In this document: piece by piece, positions 62,051 to 64,000 of the stretch
How positions within the stretch are numbered: the stretch's first letter is position 1
How the letters are laid out: each line of letters opens with the position of its first letter
Source: Hemiscyllium ocellatum
Lineage: Eukaryota
Reading direction: 5' to 3'
NCBI RefSeq assembly: GCF_020745735.1
Contig: NC_083445.1
Coordinates: forward strand, 29,476,370 to 29,540,369
DNA length: 64,000 bases
Notes under the pieces: generated by a model
The model's input: the letters and a program-made list of their open reading frames with translations, nothing else
Databases searched by the model: none
Told to the model about the DNA's origin: nothing
Program-made: the position numbers and the translations under genes

Positions 62051-63239
62051 TTTAAGAGCCTTTACTGTGTTTTAAGAATCTGAATCTACAAGATTTTAAA
62101 AGACAGTGTAATAAAAATAAATAAATGCAAAACCCTGTGGATGACGATCACCTGAAATAAGAAAAAAACAAGAACGTTTTGGGTGAGCTCAGCATCAGAG
62201 GAAGGAGAAATAGTGTGAAAGATTTGAGTCAGTTTGGTCGTTTCTTCCCATTCTACCCCCCACGAGTATCCATGTGTGCAGATCGATCCAGATCAAGTCA
62301 CTGTTTGATGTTAAAATTCTCCCCTTTCTTTCCAAATCTCTACATGTTCCTGGTTGTCTCTGTAATCCCACCCCCACCACTGGCCCAGCTCCACCACCCT
62401 GTCTGATAGTTACACTGATCAATTCAGGCCATGCCCAATGTGAATGATTGCACCATTAATTGACATGACTTCAGATACCTTGTCTGGACTCTCTGAATCC
62501 ACCTCGTATTCTCCATCTCATATTTCCCCTTGAGCAACCCTCCTCCTCCGAACCTGCAGGCTTGACCAACTATCTCATATGTGGCTCAATGTCACAGCGT
62601 GTTTTACAGTGTCTCGGTGAAGAACATTGCTTTATTACTTTTAAGGCACGGGGTAGGAAAAAGACGATCACTAAGGAGTGTTTTAAGGACAGATTCATTC
62701 TGTTCAGCCCTGATGATTCTTCTGGAGTTTCCTGCTTCTCTTAATAGAGGAGTCATTTCAGTTAACATGCTGCAGTGTTGGGTCAGCCATCTGCACTGAC
62801 ATCAACACGACCAATATCTCCATCGAGATGAAAGGAATAGACAAGAGTTTTCCAAAGGAATCCCAGATATTTCATGACCTTGTGAGACTTGAAGAGACTT
62901 ATTATCCTGTACTTGCTGCCTTTGGCGTACTAGGCAAGCATTGATCCACAGGTAGTAATCCTCTCATCCAGGTTTCACTGGATTGCTTTCCTCATCTCAT
63001 TCAGTAAGGCAATGCAGTCGGATTCGGGATAACCCGAAGTTTATGGAGGTTGGAACGGATCCCATTGGCATGCAAGGAAACGTGGAACATTGGATTTGCA
63101 ATTGACTTAGTGGCAGGAGCAGAGGTTGATGACTGAGGGGTGTTTCTCTGACGGGAAGCTTGTGATCAGTGGGCTCCCACAGGAACCTTTTCCAAAAGCA
63201 AGTTCCCAATGATTTTCAATCCATTTCAAACAAACATCC

Positions 63240-63548
63240 CATAACCAACATATTCAATGACCCCTACCACCCGGTTATACTCTCTTCCATCCTCTTCTGT
63301 CAGATATAAAAGTTTGAATACATGTACAAACAGATTCAGGAACAGGTTCTCTCCTGTTGTTCGAAGACTTTTGAATGAAGCTCTCAAATGTAAATGTTGA
63401 TCTCTCTCTTAACCGTCTGTGTAACATTGTGTCCTGTACTCTATTCTGCTCTCCTGATGCACTTTGTAAGGTACAATCTATCTGTAGAGCACACAAAACA
63501 ACATTTTTCACTGTATGTCAGTACATGTGACAACAATAAATCAAATCA
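63240..63548 (+). mobile_element. Rex1/Babar-like LINE 3' end
   Basis: HPVI.LFHPL..RYKSLNTCTNRFRNRFSPVVRRLLN-like sequence followed by CAATAAATCAAATCAAAT tail. Confidence 0.6.
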
Positions 63549-63667
63549 AATAGTACCATGTCTGAATGTTGCAACTTATTATCTCATCACCAGATACACT
63601 CAGTCCAAGAAAGAGTGCTGCTCTCAACATTATTTATTACTTTCTTCCGTATTTTCCTTCCTTACAG

Positions 63668-64000
63668 TCAACATCATTGTGATGGTGATATTGTCTATGG
63701 GAAAGTGCGGTGTGTCTAAGTGTATCACTAGTTACGTGGTGGCCATGACAGCATCGCATCTACTGGTCATCATCATAGATCTGATATTACAGCATATTCC
63801 AATTACTTGTATGATCTATTTCTACCCCTTCTTTACACCCGCCCCCCCCCCCACCCCCATGTTTAATATCCAAGCTGTCTTGTTATATGCAATCACAGAC
63901 TGATCTGTCTGGTTCACTGTCATGCTCACCTTTGATCAATATGTAGCCATTTGTTGTCAGAAGCTGAAAAATAAACAATGCACTGAGAAAACAGCAGCTG
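63668..64000 (+). pseudogene. Paralogous GPR139-like GPCR exon 2 with a premature stop (runs off the window)
   Basis: Acceptor TTCCTTCCTTACAG, phase 1; NIIVMVILSMGKCGVSKCITSYVVAM..AVLLYAITD*SVWFTVMLTFDQYVAICCQKLK; TGA at 63901-63903 replaces a Cys. Confidence 0.85.

Noticed and set aside
63394-63667. N-terminal part of the 169-aa ORF as GPCR coding sequence
   Set aside because: It lies in a LINE 3' tail and intron upstream of the real splice acceptor at 63667.
42036-63667. Exon 1 for the plus-strand GPCR pseudogene
   Set aside because: No YYP.LA.IGVP|GT-like exon was recognised on the + strand; it may be lost or too diverged.

Overview
Eukaryotic, repeat-dense genomic DNA, very probably from a shark or other elasmobranch (HE1-type V-SINEs, CR1/HER1-type LINEs, abundant Penelope-like elements). 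Host genes: an intact two-exon GPR139-like class A GPCR on the minus strand (exon 1 42035-41714, exon 2 22189-21282, intron about 19.5 kb), a stop-containing paralogous exon 2 at the right edge (63668-64000, +), a decayed C2H2 zinc-finger gene (about 48650-50000, -), and a small unannotated terminal exon (3487-3620, +) encoding a six-cysteine beta-defensin-like peptide that the ORF track misses. Mobile DNA: a near full-length decayed ERV1/gamma-epsilon-like provirus (LTR-PBS(Pro)-gag-pol-env-PPT-LTR, 9561-17098), two Gypsy remnants (one Gmr1-like with a SCAN-type gag), many CR1 fragments, RTE and Rex/Babar fragments, tRNA-derived SINEs, and many Penelope GIY-YIG/pseudo-LTR pieces. Several Penelope pieces are arranged as inverted repeats and carry minimal type I hammerhead ribozyme motifs (best copy 47673-47712). 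Assembly gaps lie at 40104-40290 and 48973-49072. All calls are by eye from motifs; no database searches, alignments or folding were run, and repeat boundaries are approximate.
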